Assembly (NCBI GenBank): GCA_031262035.1
Contig: JAISIL010000054.1
Span: forward strand, 23,425 to 87,424
Reading direction: 5' to 3'
DNA: 64,000 bases
Source of the DNA: Spirochaetaceae bacterium
GTDB taxonomy: Bacteria; Spirochaetota; Spirochaetia; Treponematales; Breznakiellaceae
Positions 1 to 9,269 of the stretch are shown in pieces. The position numbers were made by a program, and so were the translations under genes. The stretch's first letter is position 1, and every line of letters begins with the position of its first letter. Below the pieces are notes generated by a model, which was not told the origin of the DNA, did no database searches, and saw only the letters and a program-made list of their open reading frames with translations.

Positions 1-618
1 CAGCAATTGCAAGACGCCGCGCTGGACAACGACATCGAGCGCCGTTGTTGGCTCATCTGCAATGATAAGGCTCGGCTGGAACACAGTGGCAAGGGCAATG
101 GCAACACGTTGGCGCATACCGCCCGAAAGTTCGTGGGGATACTCGTTGAGGATATCCGGCGGAAGGCCGACTTTTTTCACATGTTCTGTAACACGGTCAA
201 TAAAGGCTTTTTTGTCGGTAATACCTTCATGGGTTTTAATAATATCTTCAAAGGTTTTTACAATTTTACGCACCGGGTTTAACACGCTCATTGAACCCTG
301 CATAACATAGGATATTTCCTTCCAGCGGACCTTCGACTGCATGTCTTCTTCGGAAACACCAACCATATCCATATCACCTTTTTTAAAATGATACTGCATA
401 GTGCCATGATTTATCTTCAATGGCGGCTTTATGGTGCCCGAAAGGACTTTGATGAGTGTTGTTTTGCCGCAACTCGATTCCCCGGCGACGCCGTAAATTT
501 CGTTGCGGTAAAGGTTCATCGTCACACCGTCTATGGCTTTTACCTCGCGGGAAATGCCATACATTTCTGTTGTGTAATAGGCGCACAGGTCGCGCGCTTC
601 CATCAATATTTCCTGCAT
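1..618 (-). CDS. ABC transporter ATP-binding protein, Opp/Dpp peptide type (C-terminal part cut by window edge)
   Basis: Reverse translation from the ATG at 618-616 gives [11 protein letters not shown]... It contains GESSCGKTT (Walker A), LSGGMRQRV (ABC signature) and [10 protein letters not shown] (Walker B). The start abuts the stop of the upstream permease. The ORF runs off the left edge, so it is absent from the ORF track. Confidence 0.85.
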   Translation of the reverse strand, partial: MQEILMEARDLCAYYTTEMYGISREVKAIDGVTMNLYRNEIYGVAGESSCGKTTLIKVLSGTIKPPLKINHGTMQYHFKKGDMDMVGVSEEDMQSKVRWKEISYVMQGSMSVLNPVRKIVKTFEDIIKTHEGITDKKAFIDRVTEHVKKVGLPPDILNEYPHELSGGMRQRVAIALATVFQPSLIIADEPTTALDVVVQRGVLQLL

Positions 619-619
619 C

Positions 620-1477
620 TTAGCCTCCCATCCTGCGCAAGCGGGTTCTGGGGTCTATATATTCGTTTATACTGATAAACAGAAGATACAGACCGAGGAA
701 CAAAATAATCGAAATAACAATTGGCGCTGCAAGCCACCACCACACACCGAATATCATAGCCTGATGGTTGTTGGCCCAGAAGATAGTAGAACCAAGGGTC
801 GGGGTGATAATGCTGGTAAGGCCGAGAACACCAAGGGTTACTTCCATGCCGATAGACCAAATCATGTTGTTAATGGTTGTTGCAAACACAACAGGCAACA
901 CGAAGGGCAGGTGCTCTGTCATGGTAATGCGGAAGGCGCCTGTCCCGGAATACACGGCGGTTCGGGTAAAGGCCCGTTCCTTTAGACTGAGAACCTGGCT
1001 GCGTATCAGGCGGGCGTCCCAGGGCCAACCGAAAAGGCCGAGGAAGACGGCAAGTATGGTAATATTCATTTTATCCCGCACCAGGAAGCTCAAGAGTATC
1101 AATATAGGCAATACCGGGAGGACAACAAAACTATCGTTAATGGACATTAAGAGTTTGTCCAGCCAGCCGCCGCGGTAACCTGCGGTAAGGCCGACAATGA
1201 CGGCAATAACACGGGAGACCAAAGCGGTAATAACCGCTAAATACAGTGAATTTCGCACGGCAAATGCCATCCAGAAAAAGAGGTCTTGCCCGCGGGAGTT
1301 TGTCCCGAAGATATGTTCCAAACTGGGGGGCATGTCTACACCAACCTTATAGGTTTTCTCCACATCATAGGGAGAAAAGAACGATGCAAACATCATGAGT
1401 AAAATTAAAACAAGCATAATACTTGCCGCACGAAAGCGAATATCAAATTTAAAAAGATCTTTAATTACTTTAAACAT
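620..1477 (-). CDS. ABC peptide transporter permease (OppC/DppC-like)
   Basis: 285 aa, multi-TM. Contains [10 protein letters not shown] and an EAA-type loop ([17 protein letters not shown]). Sits between a second permease and the ATPase. Confidence 0.85.
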   Translation of the reverse strand: MFKVIKDLFKFDIRFRAASIMLVLILLMMFASFFSPYDVEKTYKVGVDMPPSLEHIFGTNSRGQDLFFWMAFAVRNSLYLAVITALVSRVIAVIVGLTAGYRGGWLDKLLMSINDSFVVLPVLPILILLSFLVRDKMNITILAVFLGLFGWPWDARLIRSQVLSLKERAFTRTAVYSGTGAFRITMTEHLPFVLPVVFATTINNMIWSIGMEVTLGVLGLTSIITPTLGSTIFWANNHQAMIFGVWWWLAAPIVISIILFLGLYLLFISINEYIDPRTRLRRMGG

Positions 1478-1486
1478 GAAAGCCTC

Positions 1487-2497
1487 CTATTGATGCCTGA
1501 CCCGCGGGTCAAAAAGCGGATAGACTAAATCGAGAAGCAATGACGCCGCAGCAATGCCGACAATTGATAAAATGGAAATGCCCATTATCAATGTATAATC
1601 CACCTGAAGAATTGCCCGATAGGCAAGCATTCCCAGCCCCGGATACTGGAAAATGACTTCCAGAATAAGAGAGCCGCTAAAGATGGTTCCCAAACTTAAT
1701 GCAAGGCCGGTAATTTGCGGCAATAATGCATTGCGAATAATATAACTATAAAGGATTTTATTTTTCTTAAGCCCGGCAGTTTCAGCATAGACCACATAGT
1801 CTTCGCTTATCATGTTTGAGGTAAGAGACTTCATACCGACAAACCAACTGCCGATACCGCCCAGAACAAGGCTGAAAGCGGGAAGCACCGAATGGTGGAG
1901 CACGATCCAGAAAAATTGCCATGACCAGTTTGGTATCATACCCATAGGATAGGCGCCGCTGATGGGGAAAATCGGCCAGACCCAGGCAAAAAGGAGAATC
2001 AGCAACATTGCCAATATATAATAGGGTATAGGGCGCACGGCTTGTGTCAATACATCAAATACATTGAGGAATTTACTATTGGGGAAATAACTTGAGTATG
2101 CGCCGAATAAGTTTCCCAGTATCCACGAGATAATAGTTGCACTAAGCAAGAGCCCTATGGTCCAGGGCATTGCCAGGCGTATCATATCTATAACAGGGGT
2201 CGGAAAGGCTGAAAGGGAAATGCCCAAATCTCCACGTATCAGTTGCCCCCAGAAACGGAAGTATTGTTCCATCGGGGTGCCTTCCAGTCCATACATAACA
2301 GAGAGGGATTTTCTGAATTGTTCAACCATTTCTTTGTCAAAATTCACACCGCCCTGCATCATACGGCTTATCTGGCCTTCAATGGGGTCAGAGGGTGAAA
2401 GCCGGGGGATAATGTAGACAATGGTTACCCCGATAAAGATAACCATAAAAAACTGCCCGATACGGGGCAGTAAGTATCCCAGTATAAATTTCTTCAT
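1487..2497 (-). CDS. ABC peptide transporter permease (OppB/DppB-like)
   Basis: 336 aa, multi-TM. Has the C-terminal LFDPRVR motif typical of OppB/DppB permeases. Confidence 0.85.
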   Translation of the reverse strand: MKKFILGYLLPRIGQFFMVIFIGVTIVYIIPRLSPSDPIEGQISRMMQGGVNFDKEMVEQFRKSLSVMYGLEGTPMEQYFRFWGQLIRGDLGISLSAFPTPVIDMIRLAMPWTIGLLLSATIISWILGNLFGAYSSYFPNSKFLNVFDVLTQAVRPIPYYILAMLLILLFAWVWPIFPISGAYPMGMIPNWSWQFFWIVLHHSVLPAFSLVLGGIGSWFVGMKSLTSNMISEDYVVYAETAGLKKNKILYSYIIRNALLPQITGLALSLGTIFSGSLILEVIFQYPGLGMLAYRAILQVDYTLIMGISILSIVGIAAASLLLDLVYPLFDPRVRHQ

Positions 2498-2526
2498 CCG
2501 GAACTCCTTCTTTAAGTATATAATGT

Positions 2527-2616
2527 AAAAAAAAGGGAGGGGGTCACCAATGCGATATTGAGCGATACCCCTCCCCTGACCCCTCCCATAAGAAACTTCG
2601 TTTCTTTGGGGAGGGG
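2527..2616 (-). terminator. Two GC-rich hairpins between the binding-protein gene and the permease genes. The distal one is followed by a T8 run on the transcribed strand, suggesting an attenuating intrinsic terminator or mRNA stabiliser.
   Basis: CCCCTCCC(2580-2587)/GGGGAGGGG(2608-2616) and CCCCTCCC(2568-2575)/GGGAGGGGG(2535-2543), then A8 at 2527-2534 on the + strand. Confidence 0.5.
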
Positions 2617-2628
2617 AATAAATAAAAT

Positions 2629-4599
2629 TTACTTTCCGGTGGGTTTAAGCCTCAGATACATATACCGGGAATTTGTCCAGTTCGGAACCGGGTCGGTATA
2701 GGGATCGTCAATGCTCGGATACCCTGTCCAGTAGTAAGTGTCCATACAGGTGAATACATTGAATGAGCAAAGCGGAATTTCGAACATATCATCAAGGGCG
2801 ACTTTAAGCCACCTTGTTCCAAAGTCCACGCCTGCTTCAAGGTCATTCATGTCTGTTGTAAGCATAGCATCAATAATCTTGTCGGTTTCGGGGCTCTTCC
2901 AGCGGCCTGAATTCCGTCCGGATTGTTCCTGCCCAATCGGCACATACTGATTGGAATGGAAATACTGGAGGAAGTAGGAAAGGTCGGGGTGGCCGCCCCA
3001 GGTTTCGATGTTCCACTGAAGGTATGCATCAAAGTCGCCGGGCCTGGTGTAGGCGCCGAAGTCATTGCTAATCAAGAGTGTTGCATCAATACCGAATTCC
3101 TGCCAGAGTTCTACAACCATTGCCGCCAGGCGGTTCTGGCTGGGTTCATGGTCGCCCTGCCCAAGCAGTGTAATCTTGAAGGGCTTGCCGTCTTTGAACT
3201 GCCATTTCTTATCGGCGCCGCGAACCATGCCGCCCTTAATCATCAATTTTTCTGCTGCATCAAGGTTCTGTCCCCACCAGCCAAGGCCGACATATTCTTT
3301 AATCTTATCAGGGTCTGTCGGAACCATATCGCCGTGCATTTTGCGGGCTTCGGTAGCAATCTTCAGGGCCATATCTTTGTCGTAGGGCTTCACCTTTGAG
3401 CCGTCGCCCAGGTCAATCTCATAGTTTTCAAGATAGGATTCCATCGGTTGATGATAATACTGAGGATACATTCCCGTAGGCGGAACGTGTATCGGCGAAA
3501 TAGTGATAGCGCCACGGTAGGATGCCATTGCAAGACGGGTCATATCCAAGGCAAGGGTGAGCGCCCAGCGGACGTCCTTGCTGTTAAGGCCGGGGCGTTC
3601 ATTGTTAATAACAACGGCTACCTGGGTTGGATCCGGATGTCCCCAGGGGAAGTTGGGGAACCAGGTTGCAGTGGTCGGGTTCTGTTTGCGGAGCTGAATG
3701 GCGCCTTCAACAGCGATGTCGTGAATAACATCGAAGTTATGGCGTGTCTGGTTCATAACTTTCTGGTCGCTGGTGCCGCCTCTGATATACATTGCGTATT
3801 TCGGGGCCTGTTCCAGGCTGCCAAGAAGGGCCAATGTGGTCCTTTGCCAGTCATCGCGTTTTTGCCAGAGATACCAGTTTCCGTTCGGGTCATGTGAATG
3901 AAGCGTATACGGGCCAAGGGAAACAGGAGGATTGAACTTATAGGTAGTAATATCGGCCTGTTTTTCAAAGATATGCTTGGGCATGATGAAGCAGGCGCCC
4001 CAGCGAACGATAAAGTTCGTATGGAAACGGGAGTCTGCCTTGTTGAGCGCAAAATGAACTTCAAAGTCATTAACTTTGGTCACTTTTTTGACAGAAACAC
4101 GGAAGGGAGCCGTATAGGCCATGTTGTCATTGGCCATCTGTGCTTCTACCGTGTAAATAAGGTCGTCAGCGGTGAACTGAACGCCGTCGCTCCAATAGAT
4201 ACCCGAGCGCAGTTTAACTGTCATTTCAGTAAAGTCTGCATTGTAGATGGGGTCTTCTGAGGCAAGAGCGTTTTCCCAAACTCCCTTAACACCGGCATCC
4301 GGGTCGATATACCACAGCGTGTCGAGTGCAAGCTGCTGAAGCCCGCCCTGGTAGGTATCATCCCAGCCTGACCATCTGTTAAAATAGTCCGGCGGGTTGG
4401 TATTCTGCCCGGGGTTTTCAAGAATGATTGTCTGGTTCCGGGGAACATTTGCCCCGGCAATCATTTCCGAACCGGCGCTTGCACTGGAAGCTGCCGGTGC
4501 TGCTGTAGAAGCAGCGCTTGTAGATGCTTTTGAACAAGCGCTCATAATAAGCGCGAATGCTAAAAGCACGATTCCGAGAATGGAAATCGCTTTTTTCAT
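2629..4599 (-). CDS. ABC transporter substrate-binding lipoprotein, family 5 (peptide/nickel type)
   Basis: 656 aa. Signal peptide with lipobox (LIMSAC). First gene of the transporter operon, with size and composition typical of SBP family 5. Confidence 0.8.
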   Translation of the reverse strand: MKKAISILGIVLLAFALIMSACSKASTSAASTAAPAASSASAGSEMIAGANVPRNQTIILENPGQNTNPPDYFNRWSGWDDTYQGGLQQLALDTLWYIDPDAGVKGVWENALASEDPIYNADFTEMTVKLRSGIYWSDGVQFTADDLIYTVEAQMANDNMAYTAPFRVSVKKVTKVNDFEVHFALNKADSRFHTNFIVRWGACFIMPKHIFEKQADITTYKFNPPVSLGPYTLHSHDPNGNWYLWQKRDDWQRTTLALLGSLEQAPKYAMYIRGGTSDQKVMNQTRHNFDVIHDIAVEGAIQLRKQNPTTATWFPNFPWGHPDPTQVAVVINNERPGLNSKDVRWALTLALDMTRLAMASYRGAITISPIHVPPTGMYPQYYHQPMESYLENYEIDLGDGSKVKPYDKDMALKIATEARKMHGDMVPTDPDKIKEYVGLGWWGQNLDAAEKLMIKGGMVRGADKKWQFKDGKPFKITLLGQGDHEPSQNRLAAMVVELWQEFGIDATLLISNDFGAYTRPGDFDAYLQWNIETWGGHPDLSYFLQYFHSNQYVPIGQEQSGRNSGRWKSPETDKIIDAMLTTDMNDLEAGVDFGTRWLKVALDDMFEIPLCSFNVFTCMDTYYWTGYPSIDDPYTDPVPNWTNSRYMYLRLKPTGK

Positions 4600-4713
4600 A
4601 CTTTCCTCCTATTTTTATGGATTGATTTAAATTATATAATGGTTTTTTTAGCAACAAAATGTCTAAAAATGATTATTTATGCTTAAAAGTGATTTTTTTT
4701 CAGGCAAGGCGGA

Positions 4714-5325
4714 TTAGTTTACTTTCAAAGTTAAGTAATAAAAGAACATATTAAATAATTCCTTATAATCCAAATCACTCGGGTTATTTTTTGTAAAGTG
4801 TTTTGCTGGATACTTATCAAAATTATTTATAAATTCACTATACTGGTGTTCTTCTACTACTGTTTCATAAGTGTTATTCTGTTCAATGCTTATGGCATTT
4901 GGTAGTTTATGTGAAACTTTATTCTGGAACATATCGACTGTTTTAGTCGATATTTCTCCTCCAAGCACGAGAAATAATTCATAATAAAATGCGAAATGAC
5001 ATACTTCATGGGCCAAAAAGGCTTTTATAAAGATATTCCTTAAATCTTGAGTCATATTTGTGTATTTCCTGGATGAATCAATGTAAATAATAAATGTACA
5101 GCCTTGTCTGCCTGGTGTATAGACACTGTCATCTGACAAAATACCAACTGCTGCTAAATTTCTCGGCAAATCAGCTTCATGAACTACTACTGTAAAAAAT
5201 TCACGAGCATTTTTGTTTGTCTGACCACCAAAGTCCCCATCCACACAATAAGCAACCTGATTAGTATCAAATTGAGAAAAAATAGTTGTTATAAGTTGCT
5301 TAAATGTTACTGCCTGAAGTTTCAT
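4714..5325 (-). CDS. Hypothetical protein with an HExxH zinc-metallopeptidase motif (possibly ImmA/IrrE-like)
   Basis: 203 aa with FLAHEVCHFAF. The gene is markedly AT-rich relative to its flanks. Its ATG overlaps the stop of the upstream small ORF (ATGA). Confidence 0.45.
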   Translation of the reverse strand: MKLQAVTFKQLITTIFSQFDTNQVAYCVDGDFGGQTNKNAREFFTVVVHEADLPRNLAAVGILSDDSVYTPGRQGCTFIIYIDSSRKYTNMTQDLRNIFIKAFLAHEVCHFAFYYELFLVLGGEISTKTVDMFQNKVSHKLPNAISIEQNNTYETVVEEHQYSEFINNFDKYPAKHFTKNNPSDLDYKELFNMFFYYLTLKVN

Positions 5326-5522
5326 GCCTTTTGTTGCTTACGCCGCAGTTCAATCTGAGCGTAAATGTCTCTCCCATGCTTTTTCATCAATTTTGTAGCA
5401 AGATTCAAAGTGTCAAGAGAAATGTTTCCATTATCCCCTGCCGTCACAACATCAATGATGCCCTGTTCCTTTGCGGCTTTCAAGGCCGCTTCTTTTTGGA
5501 CCTCAAAGCTCTGCTTTTCCAT
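5322..5522 (-). CDS. Small hypothetical protein, translationally coupled to the HExxH protein
   Basis: 66 aa, charged and helical-looking (MEKQSFEVQKEAALKAAKEQG...). The ATGA overlap at 5322-5325 is the main support. No recognisable domain. Confidence 0.4.
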   Translation of the reverse strand: MEKQSFEVQKEAALKAAKEQGIIDVVTAGDNGNISLDTLNLATKLMKKHGRDIYAQIELRRKQQKA

Positions 5523-5725
5523 AACCTTTCTCCTCTTCCCAGCATAAGTGGGGGTTATTGTCTAATTGCCGCTATCTTGCGGCATCCTATCTGGAGGGCT
5601 ATTACTTTTATGACTTTTTGCCCGCCCTGACGGCTTTTTTCTGTCTTTACTACTTAGTATATCACATTCTACAGAAAATAACAAGAGAAGTCTGAAAAAA
5701 GTTTTTCAATTAAATGATTTATTAT

Positions 5726-5790
5726 CGGGCAACCCGGATTTGAACAGATGCTTTTAAGCATTGGACCCCAAGGTCCCCTTTCAAATATGC
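5726..5790 (-). pseudogene. Degenerate partial copy of the tRNA-Pro 3' half
   Basis: 5726-5745 (cgggcaacccggatttgaac) is identical to 5801-5820 of the intact tRNA. The T-stem is then interrupted by an ATGCTTTTAAGCAT palindrome. gaccccaaggtcccc resembles the anticodon-arm region. Confidence 0.5.
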
Positions 5791-5799
5791 AAAAAAATT

Positions 5800-5873
5800 T
5801 CGGGCAACCCGGATTTGAACCGGGGACCCCAAGTCCCCCAGACTTGTACGCTAACCAACTGCGCTATTGCCCG
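5800..5873 (-). tRNA. tRNA-Pro (anticodon GGG)
   Basis: Folds by hand into a cloverleaf: acceptor CGGGCAA/TTGCCCG, D-arm GCGC..GCGT, anticodon stem CAAGT/ACTTG with loop CTGGGGG, T-arm CCCGG-TTCAAAT-CCGGG, discriminator A. Confidence 0.9.
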
Positions 5874-6016
5874 AAAAGGGATGTGCATAAGCCTTCCCTT
5901 CATTTATACTAGCAAAAAGTAGTTTTTTTGTCAAGGCTTTTTGTGCCTTATCCAAGAAAATTTTTATCAATTTGATTATATTTGAGTATATCCGGAAAAG
6001 AGACGATAATTTAACT

Positions 6017-6469
6017 ATGGAAACAATAGGAATTTCTGAATATGATATCATTATCCGCCTGGGGCTGGGCTTTTTGGCAGGTTTTTTGGTTGGCCTTGAC
6101 CGGGCGAACAGGCGGCAGGTAGCCGGCCTGAGGACGCATATCCTTATAGCAATGGGCGCAACGCTCCTGATGATGCTCTCTATCTGGATTCCGGAGACCT
6201 ATGGTAACACCAAGTCCGGCGACCCGGGCCGGATTGCAGCACAGGTAGTATCCGGTATCGGCTTTCTTGGCGCCGGGGCCATCATCAGACTGGGGCATAA
6301 TGTCCGTGGGCTTACCACTGCGGCCTCACTCTGGTTTGTTGCCGGGGTAGGGCTGGCTATCGGGGCGGGAATGTATCTTGCAGCCGGCATCGCCGAAGTT
6401 ATGGGGCTCTTTACCCTGATAGTCCTCGATAAAATCGAACATAAAATTTTCCCTTACAACCACGAATAA
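6017..6469 (+). CDS. mgtC: MgtC/SapB family membrane protein
   Basis: Motifs GLGFLAGFLVGLDR, GLRTHILIAMGA and AAQVVSGIGFLGAGAI. The start at the internal ATG 6017 is preferred over the track start at 5972. The last three codons plus the stop (NHE*) lie inside the repeat at 6458. Confidence 0.75.
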   Translation: METIGISEYDIIIRLGLGFLAGFLVGLDRANRRQVAGLRTHILIAMGATLLMMLSIWIPETYGNTKSGDPGRIAAQVVSGIGFLGAGAIIRLGHNVRGLTTAASLWFVAGVGLAIGAGMYLAAGIAEVMGLFTLIVLDKIEHKIFPYNHE

Positions 6470-6574
6470 CACGAATCGGCTGCGCCGACACGAATAATCT
6501 ATGATAAGTAATCGAAAATTCGTGTGATTTGCCGTAGGCAATATCATTCGTGTTATTCGTGGTTGTTCGTGGTT
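6458..6574. repeat. CACGAAT-heptamer palindromic intergenic element, copy 1
   Basis: Left arm AACCACGAATAACACGAAT-hairpin-CACGAAT. Right arm ATTCGTG...ATTCGTGTTATTCGTGGTT. Same architecture as the copies at 10318, 26716, 43422 and 53074. Confidence 0.85.
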
Positions 6575-6602
6575 ATTCTTCTGAATTTTTAATTACGATA
6601 AC

Positions 6603-6631
6603 TTGACATTTCTTTTGATATACACTAAACT
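6603..6631 (+). promoter_or_regulatory. Candidate sigma70-like promoter for glgP
   Basis: TTGACA, 17 nt, TAAACT. The -10 element ends 6 nt before the ATG at 6638, and no obvious SD is present, so the mRNA may be leaderless. Confidence 0.3.
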
Positions 6632-6637
6632 TGAAAT

Positions 6638-9187
6638 ATGAATATAAAAACTTACACGGTTAAACCGAAACTACCGGCTACTTTGAAGCCGCTCGAAGAG
6701 ATTAGCCAGAACCTCTGGCTCTCCTGGAATTATGACGCTGTTCAGCTTTTTATCCGCCTGGATTATGATGCTTGGCAAAAATCGGAACAGAGTCCGGTGA
6801 AGACCCTCGGCTATGCCAGCCCGGAAAGGCTTGCCGCTATGGCCAAGGACGATTCCTATCTATCAGCCTTAAAAGAAGTTTATTCCCGTTTTCAACGCTA
6901 CAAAAAGGGCGAAACCTGGTATAAGGGCTCAAAAAAGGATATGGTAGGCTATTTTTCAATGGAATATGGCATTGATGTCTCGCTTCCTATCTATTCTGGC
7001 GGTCTTGGCATGCTTTCCGGCGACCACATGAAGACATCGAGCGATATGGGGCTTCCCCTTATTGGCATCGGCCTTCTGTATCGCGAGGGCTATTTTAAGC
7101 AGCTCCTCAATAGTGATGGCTTTCAGCAGGAAGCTTATCCTCAGAACGACTGGTATAACATGCCCGTTACCCTCAAGACAAGGGGCGGGAAGAACGGCGG
7201 CGAGGCTATCAAGATTACTGTTGATATGGCAGGCCGCCAGGCGGTGGCGCAGATTTGGGAAGTCAAGGTTGGGCGCACTTCGCTCTATCTTCTCGATACC
7301 AATATTGATGATAATCCGCAGGATCTGCGTGATATTACCTCGGCGCTCTATGGCGGCGATAAGGAAACCCGCATTCGGCAGGAGATTCTTCTCGGTGTCG
7401 GCGGCATTCGGGCGCTGCGGGCGCTGGGAATAAACCCTGCGGCGACACACATGAATGAAGGGCATTCGGCGTTTTTGGGTCTTGAAAGAATTCGTGAGAT
7501 AATGCAGGAGAAGGGCTTTTCCTTTGCACAGGCGAAAGAAGCCGTTTGGCCGACCAATATTTTCACGACGCACACACCGGTGCCGGCAGGGAACGAACGC
7601 TTTGACATAGCCCTTATGGAAAAATACATGAAAGGCTGGTGCGATATTCTTAAGATTTCCTGGCACGATTTCCTGGCCCTTGGCCGGGTGAACCCCAACG
7701 ACGACCACGAGACCTTCTGCATGACCGTTTTGGCCTTAAAACTTTCCGCTTACTCGAATGGTGTGTCCCGGCTCCACGGCTTTGTTTCCCGTGATATGTG
7801 GAAAAACCTCTGGCCGGGGCTTCCTCTTGATGAAATACCTATTGGGCATGTGACCAATGGCGTGCATCCTCGCAGTTGGATTTCCAACCCGATGCAGGAC
7901 CTGCTCGACCGTTACTTTGGCCCTCGTTTTTATGATGAGCCGACGGACCTGGAGATATGGGAGAGAATGGACCGGATTTCTGATGAAGAACTCTGGCGCA
8001 GCCACGAGCGCCGGCGCGAGCGTCTTGTTGCCTTTGCCCGCGACCGCGTTAAGCAGGAGATGACCCGTAATGGCACTACCGAAAAGCGCCTGAAGGAAGC
8101 GCAAGACGCTCTTTCTCCCTATGTGCTCACCCTCTGTTTTGCCCGTCGTTTTGCCACTTACAAGCGCGGCAATCTGCTTTTACGCGACCCGGAAAGGCTG
8201 ATAAAGCTTTTAAGGGATAAAGACCGCCCCGTGCAGTTGATTTTTGCAGGCAAGGCCCACCCGCAGGACCTTCCCGGTAAGGAACTCATCCGCGAAATTA
8301 TTCACTTTGCCAAAGAGCACGGTGTTGAAAACCGCATTGTCTTTATCGAAAACTATGATATGACCGTGTCCCGCTACCTTGTTTCCGGCGCCGATGTCTG
8401 GCTCAATACGCCGCGGCGGCCCCTCGAGGCTTCGGGCACATCCGGTATGAAGGCATCGATGAACGGTGTTCTCAATTGCTCTATTCTGGACGGCTGGTGG
8501 GACGAGGCCTACACGCCCGATGTTGGTTGGGCAATCGGTCATGGCGAACAGTATGTAGACACCAACCTGCAGGACGAAATTGAAAGCAAGGCCCTCTACG
8601 ACATTCTGGAAAACGAAATTATTCCGCTGTTCTACAACCGCGGCCGCGACGGCCTTCCCCGTGATTGGATTAAGATGATGAAGGCCTGTATGCGGACGAT
8701 TAGTCAGAGCATGTCGACCCATCGTATGTTGATGGACTACTCGAATATGTTCTATCTTCCCGCTCTGAAAAATTATAAGCATATGGTAAAAGATGATTAT
8801 GCCGAGACAAAGTCCCTTGCCGCATACTTCGAGAAGCTTCGGGGCGCCTGGAATAACATCAAGTTTATCAAGGTAGATACCAATGCCAAACCGGTTATGC
8901 AACGCGGCGATATTCTTACCGTAAAGGCCTATGTTGAACTTGCCGGCCTTAACCCTGATGATGTTTGTATAGAAGTCTACCACGGCGGTATTTCCGGCCA
9001 GAGCCACAACATTGAACATGCTGTGCATAACGAGATGAAGTTTTCCGGCCAGGAAGGCAATGCCTGCTGCTTTGTTGCAAAAGTAGAATGCGAAGCAACC
9101 GGCGTCCAGGGCCACAGCGTCCGCATCTTACCCAAACACCCTTCACTGGCACACCCGTATCGCAGCGGCTTTGTAAAGTGGGCGTAA
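6638..9187 (+). CDS. glgP: Alpha-glucan (glycogen/maltodextrin) phosphorylase, GT35
   Basis: 849 aa. PLP-lysine region EASGTSGMKASMNGVLNCSILDGWWDE. The N-terminus is typical of the alpha-glucan phosphorylase subfamily. Confidence 0.9.
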   Translation: MNIKTYTVKPKLPATLKPLEEISQNLWLSWNYDAVQLFIRLDYDAWQKSEQSPVKTLGYASPERLAAMAKDDSYLSALKEVYSRFQRYKKGETWYKGSKKDMVGYFSMEYGIDVSLPIYSGGLGMLSGDHMKTSSDMGLPLIGIGLLYREGYFKQLLNSDGFQQEAYPQNDWYNMPVTLKTRGGKNGGEAIKITVDMAGRQAVAQIWEVKVGRTSLYLLDTNIDDNPQDLRDITSALYGGDKETRIRQEILLGVGGIRALRALGINPAATHMNEGHSAFLGLERIREIMQEKGFSFAQAKEAVWPTNIFTTHTPVPAGNERFDIALMEKYMKGWCDILKISWHDFLALGRVNPNDDHETFCMTVLALKLSAYSNGVSRLHGFVSRDMWKNLWPGLPLDEIPIGHVTNGVHPRSWISNPMQDLLDRYFGPRFYDEPTDLEIWERMDRISDEELWRSHERRRERLVAFARDRVKQEMTRNGTTEKRLKEAQDALSPYVLTLCFARRFATYKRGNLLLRDPERLIKLLRDKDRPVQLIFAGKAHPQDLPGKELIREIIHFAKEHGVENRIVFIENYDMTVSRYLVSGADVWLNTPRRPLEASGTSGMKASMNGVLNCSILDGWWDEAYTPDVGWAIGHGEQYVDTNLQDEIESKALYDILENEIIPLFYNRGRDGLPRDWIKMMKACMRTISQSMSTHRMLMDYSNMFYLPALKNYKHMVKDDYAETKSLAAYFEKLRGAWNNIKFIKVDTNAKPVMQRGDILTVKAYVELAGLNPDDVCIEVYHGGISGQSHNIEHAVHNEMKFSGQEGNACCFVAKVECEATGVQGHSVRILPKHPSLAHPYRSGFVKWA

Positions 9188-9195
9188 AAAACAGT

Positions 9196-9239
9196 GGTTT
9201 CGACAGGCTCAACCACCGGAGGTTGAGCCTGTCGAAACC
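9196..9239. repeat. Perfect 19-bp-stem palindrome of the GGTTGAGCCTGTCGAAACC element, both arms present
   Basis: GGTTTCGACAGGCTCAACC-ACCGGA-GGTTGAGCCTGTCGAAACC, starting 9 nt after the glgP stop codon. Single arms recur at 55533, 60306 and 63497. Confidence 0.85.
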
Positions 9240-9240
9240 T

Positions 9241-9269
9241 ATTCGTGTTTATTTGTGCCATTCGTGGTT
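9241..9269. repeat. Half copy (right arm only) of the CACGAAT-heptamer element
   Basis: ATTCGTGTTTATTTGTGCCATTCGTGGTT. Confidence 0.6.

Noticed and set aside
5851-6051. 66-aa minus-strand ORF overlapping tRNA-Pro and the mgtC upstream region
   Set aside because: It overlaps a confidently folded tRNA, and it has neither an RBS nor any motifs.
6458-6574. CRISPR array or integron attC sites as an explanation for the CACGAAT and other repeats
   Set aside because: The elements are single palindromic units scattered at gene boundaries across housekeeping regions. They are not regularly spaced direct repeats with spacers. No cas genes or intI are present, and no GTTRRRY core sites were recognised.
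6956-9115. Long antisense ORFs inside glgP (6956-7708, 7348-7722, 7736-8104 and 8210-9115, minus strand)
   Set aside because: They lie fully inside a confidently identified gene on the opposite strand. Their translations are low-complexity and Arg/Pro/Gly/His-rich with no motifs, so they are typical shadow ORFs of a GC-balanced gene.
9088-9252. Upstream extension of the GH3 ORF starting at the ATG inside glgP
   Set aside because: It would overlap glgP by 100 nt and translate the perfect palindrome and the repeat (..GFDRLNHRRLSLSKPIRV..). A start near 9253 is more plausible, although unproven.
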